Shown: piece after piece, positions 59,688-64,000 of the stretch
Numbering within the stretch: position 1 is the stretch's first letter
How the letters are laid out: every line of letters starts with the position of its first letter
NCBI GenBank assembly: GCA_051362555.1
Contig: CM120640.1
Span: forward strand, 71,712,788 to 71,776,787
Source: Lingula anatina
Taxonomy: Eukaryota; Animalia; Brachiopoda
Length of the DNA: 64,000 bases
Reading direction: 5' to 3'
Program-made: the position numbers and the translations under genes
The notes under the pieces: model-generated
Databases searched by the model: none
What the model was told of the DNA's origin: nothing
Seen by the model: the letters and a program-made list of their open reading frames with translations, nothing else

Positions 59688-61103
59688 ACGGCTAACAATG
59701 GAATATACCAATAGCTGCAATATACATGTTATGGGGGGGGGGGGGAGGGGGAGGGGGAGGGGGAGCATAACACACATATTATACATATTTTTTGGTGAAA
59801 TTACCAAGTATTCCACTAATTTCTTTAAATGAAAAGTTGATTGATTTCGCACCCAAAGTTACATAGCCACAATATAGCATACTACCTTACACACTGTAAA
59901 GTCACTATCGAACTTGAAAGAAAGCCGCGGAACCTTCCTTAAGCGTTCCTTGGCGTGCAATTCTGTCTTTGTGGTCTTTGTGGTCGAACTATTACTGAAA
60001 TATTTTAATAGTTTCAATTTTAATTTATATTTTAACTGTGATACTTTGATGGCTTAAAAGCTCTTTTCGAAGTCACCAATTTATTGTCTTTTGACCACTA
60101 AATGCAGGTTCAATTAATACATTTACAAGCTTGTATGGTGCAATGTCTCACTATTCACTGCATATTTATATCGTTACCGGCAATACAGCACATTTTCAAG
60201 TTGCATGTAATTTAACACAAAAAATAAATTCAAATTCGTCATTCTCTGCTACGTCTACATCGCCCAAATAAAATGAAATGTAACGGATGTAAGTGATTTG
60301 TTGAAGCTGTACTCCTTTTTTCATTATATCACTATCCGGCTTTTTGACGTATTTATTAATTACGCAAGCTTCAAATTGTCATTATTTCGTCGTTTTGTTC
60401 TCGGCCCACTTTGCAGACAGCAGACTCATGAGGTTGGATAAGTACAATGTATCAGGTACACGTCAATCATAACTGTTGTTTTTACACAATTATCTTTTCA
60501 AAGTAAATGAAGTAGTTTATTTTTCACAACAAACCCTACAATGCTAATATCCGGTAGATAGTACCATGCCCCCATCCCCCCAAAAAATAAACGTTTAAAG
60601 AACACACCTGTAGTTTTGAAGTAGTGTCAAGCGATGATATAGAGCAGAGCACTGTCACTAGGAGGTGAAGTGTCTGAGATACAGAATGTGAACAAGATTT
60701 TAACAGAACTGTTGCCTTCATAACATCGGATGTAACTGGTTAACGATCGGTGGGTATATTGACAAACTGAATCGGTTAAGTTTCGACCAGTTACTCAGCT
60801 GAAATCTACCATGGCAGTTTCTCTGGTTGAATTCAACCCATTTATTTGGTAACTTTTATACAGGCAGTAAAACTAAGATGGCATTACGTAGATGAATAAT
60901 GAGATACCAGTGCATGACACATTGGCTTTGATATTAATATTGATACCTGATTTATTACACGTCTTTGCATCCGCGGACCCCCCCCCCCTTCAAATAATCC
61001 TAGATCCGCCCCTGCGGTTACCATGTTGGCCAATCGACTGGATATTCAATAACCTTTGTTTGTAACTGATTAATACAGATTAGATTTTAGAGTATACCTG
61101 TTA

Positions 61104-61321
61104 GAGGGGCGGATCTAGGATAATTTGAAGCGTGGGGGGGGGGGGGGGCTGCGAAGCCGGCCCTTACCCCCACTCCCCTTGGCGTGGGGTTCGAGGCTGG
61201 CTAAAGGGCTATTTGTTACGGTTTAGATCTATGATTTAGCTAGTCAAAATTCTAATTTCGGGAGAGGACCATTTTTCAGAGATCAGGGGGTCCTGACCCA
61301 CCCCCTCTAAATCCGCCACTG
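61104..61321. mobile_element. Short MITE-like element (AGGGGCGGATC...ATCCGCCACT); fragments at ~60970-61013 and ~44595-44687
   Basis: Imperfect terminal inverted repeats; shared ccccttcaaataatcct.gatcc.ccc end sequence in the fragments. Confidence 0.6.
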
Positions 61322-62036
61322 TGTTCTGTATGATATTGTTAAACAGTAACCAGATAAGACAACTTGTTCAATGTCCTAAACTGCAATGATATATAACTTA
61401 CACGTTCTAATAACACGGTTGGTTATCATATAATATGGATAATTTGTTATAACCAGCTATATATTGTACACGAACGATTTTCAAAGCGAAGAGAGGAAGC
61501 TCAGATAAATAGCTTTTTAAGAAAGTAAAATAAACGTACATTGTTTATATACTCACTGTTATCGATGCTTTCATGTCAGAACTTTTAATATTTTAAGTTT
61601 TCTACATTTCAAATTTTCAAATAATGTAAGATTTTTGGAATAAACATTTACCATTGAAAATTCGATTTCATCTTAATATCAAGACATCATTATATGGTTG
61701 CAATTGCACATATACCGGTAGATGCACTTGTATATGTACAAATGTATATATATAAACACAATGTTGTATCCTTTTAAAGAAGACATTTGGTATGGACTCT
61801 TTAGTCTTTATAATCATATGATCAGAGATTAAAGAAGTAACATTATTTTGTGAGTTATTAATATTTTTTGGCACGAAACGAAGTGAAGGAACAGAGGGCA
61901 CGGAGTTTATCATCTAAGACACTTAATTTAAAATAAGACACCGTTTTATTCCTAGTCAACACATCCCAAGGAAAGGCAAGTAAAAGCTACACCTCAGTCC
62001 TAACAGTGTTATTTACACGACTCTGCTTCAGTCGCC

Positions 62037-62215
62037 CGGTGATCAGTGCCTCGACCAACTGCTTCAAGGAATGGTTCACGGTATCAGTGGCAAGGTTTCA
62101 GTGCCTCGACCAACTGCTTCAAGGAATTATTCACGGTATTGATGGCAAGGTTTCAGTGCCTCGACCAACTGCTTCAAGGAATTGTTCACGGTCTCGATGG
62201 CAAGGTTTCTGTGCC
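62037..62215. repeat. 56-bp tandem repeat x3
   Basis: tcagtgcctcgaccaactgcttcaaggaat repeated at ~62043, 62098, 62154. Confidence 0.85.
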
Positions 62216-62839
62216 CGATGCAATGCATTTAATTATATGCATTTCCAAGTGAAACCCCAGCACTCAGAAAATACTGAACATCTAAAGAACAGTCGAAGGT
62301 CAGATGGGCACCTTTCACTACTCATAAAACTGATAATGTGAAAACATACTGTAAAAGTCGTTATTAGTCGCATCGTTTTACATTTCAAAAAAGATAACGT
62401 TCTCAGCCTTTCTGCGAATTTACCCCAAGTTCCGTTAGGTAGCATGATTGAAATATGAGCAGAAAAAAAAAGAATTGAAATTGTGAGCCATTACACTTTA
62501 AAACCAAAGTTTAACATTCACTACAGTACAGGTATTTCCGTATTCATAGATTCCAAGTCATGTTTCTATCGTTCTCCGGTAATTTCCATACGCTGTGTAG
62601 CGTGACAGTGAATAGCTGGGGGCTGGAACGCGGTGAGAGGACGCTGTAGAGAACAGACTGTTAAGGGGAGAGAAGGTAACAGAGATACAAACGAGAAGAA
62701 GAACTTATACTATATCTTGGACATAATCACCTCATTTTGTCCATACGTCATTTTGTCCATGCCCGTATTGATAGCAGAGAAAGAGCGTCAGAACTAGATA
62801 GACTTAGAGCAGAAAGGACTTTGAAGACAAGCCAGCGCT

Positions 62840-62875
<36 letters not shown>

Positions 62876-62977
62876 GCAACGAATTCTACTGGAACTGTTT
62901 GAGTCTTAAGTAACAACAAAGGAAAGTGCCGAAAAACGTGCTAGAAAGAGCAGCAAAGGTGAGAAAACACCGCTTAA

Positions 62978-63317
62978 AGGGATAATAACTGTTCGTTTTG
63001 GCCAAAATTGAATTTTTCCGGAGTAAACAACAATTTTCCCATACTTACCAGTGGTTAACGAATCCATTTCTATATTCAAAACTAGTTCCAGTTTTTTTTT
63101 TCCAAAAAAAGTTTGGTTTTATGATATATTCTCTTAAGAGATTATTACAGAGTATAGCCATCTATAGAGGCCACGTGGTCTGATTACAAGCTCAGATATC
63201 AGAATTTTAGCTATAACTGCCGTTTTTGTGGTAAAACAGAATATATTATATTTCTATGCGTTGTTTACAATATTTTTATTGTGAAATATAGATCTCATAC
63301 GAAGAGTTATTATCCCT
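62978..63317 (+). mobile_element. Kolobok-like MITE, full length
   Basis: TTAA|AGGGATAATAACT...AGTTATTATCCCT|TTAA; collinear with 15255-15591. Confidence 0.85.
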
Positions 63318-64000
63318 TTAAGCACCAAGCTTAGGTAGGCAGAAGACACCTGATGAAAACACCTCTTAATCTCCCGAATTAGCAATGTTTGTTTTCGAAA
63401 ACAATCATGCTTTTAAAGCCTGTTTGTGTTATAATTTCGTTTACAAAATTTTATAAAATTTCTTATCTTGTGGAAACCCTTCACGAATTTTTACAGAGAG
63501 AGAACCCTTGACTGTGTACGTATTATATCTAATGTTGATCATCTGTTTGCTGAAGCTAGTAATATCAATATTTATTAGTTTTCTTAGTGATTTCTCCATT
63601 ACATAATGGTTCCACCTGTATCTAATTGAATCTCTTCCTCCCGGCTCCAGTGATATAGGAGGACAATAAATGCGTGACAAGGACGTACATATTTAATAGC
63701 GCCTGGTCAATATTTGTGAACACTTGAGTGAGTCTGGGTAGGTTGATATAAGAGCCATCAAACTGAGAGGAGATCTCCTAGGCGAAGGCAGCAATCATTT
63801 CATATTGATACATAGACGATAGAACAGATTTAGAAATAATAATGCATTGACAACCATGGCTCTGTATGACATCGTACAAAATACGACAATGCACGTCTAA
63901 ACTACGTTGCCTTGGCAACAGGCGGGGGTTTACTGAGGATTTTTCCGAAGCGTTCGAGCACTTGCGTAGGCAGATTGAAAATATATAGTTCATGGTAGAA

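Noticed and set aside
63441-63993. Short minus-strand ORFs at the window end
   Set aside because: No recognisable domain or convincing splice pattern; cannot be supported without a database search

Overview
AT-rich animal genomic DNA (spliceosomal introns, microsatellites; a lophotrochozoan such as a mollusc is my guess, not shown). Six protein-coding genes were reconstructed by hand with phase-consistent exons: the 3' part of a senataxin/Sen1-like helicase (+), an intronless GPR22-like GPCR (+), a secreted Gly/Tyr/His/Asp-repeat protein with two FAS1 domains (-), RPS4 (-) hosting a SNORA16-like snoRNA, MTF1 (+, head-to-head with RPS4) and an 18-exon NOX4 (-). Non-autonomous DNA transposons (Kolobok-like, CMC/EnSpm-like, foldbacks) and many minisatellites fill the introns. 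The main unexplained pattern is that about 15 tandem repeats or duplications, in all five spliced genes, are built from an exon edge plus its own splice site and extend only into the intron, creating arrays of up to 29 duplicated splice sites. In NOX4 the 63-bp unit is in frame and stop-free, so alternative donors could lengthen the H2O2-determining E-loop in 21-aa steps.
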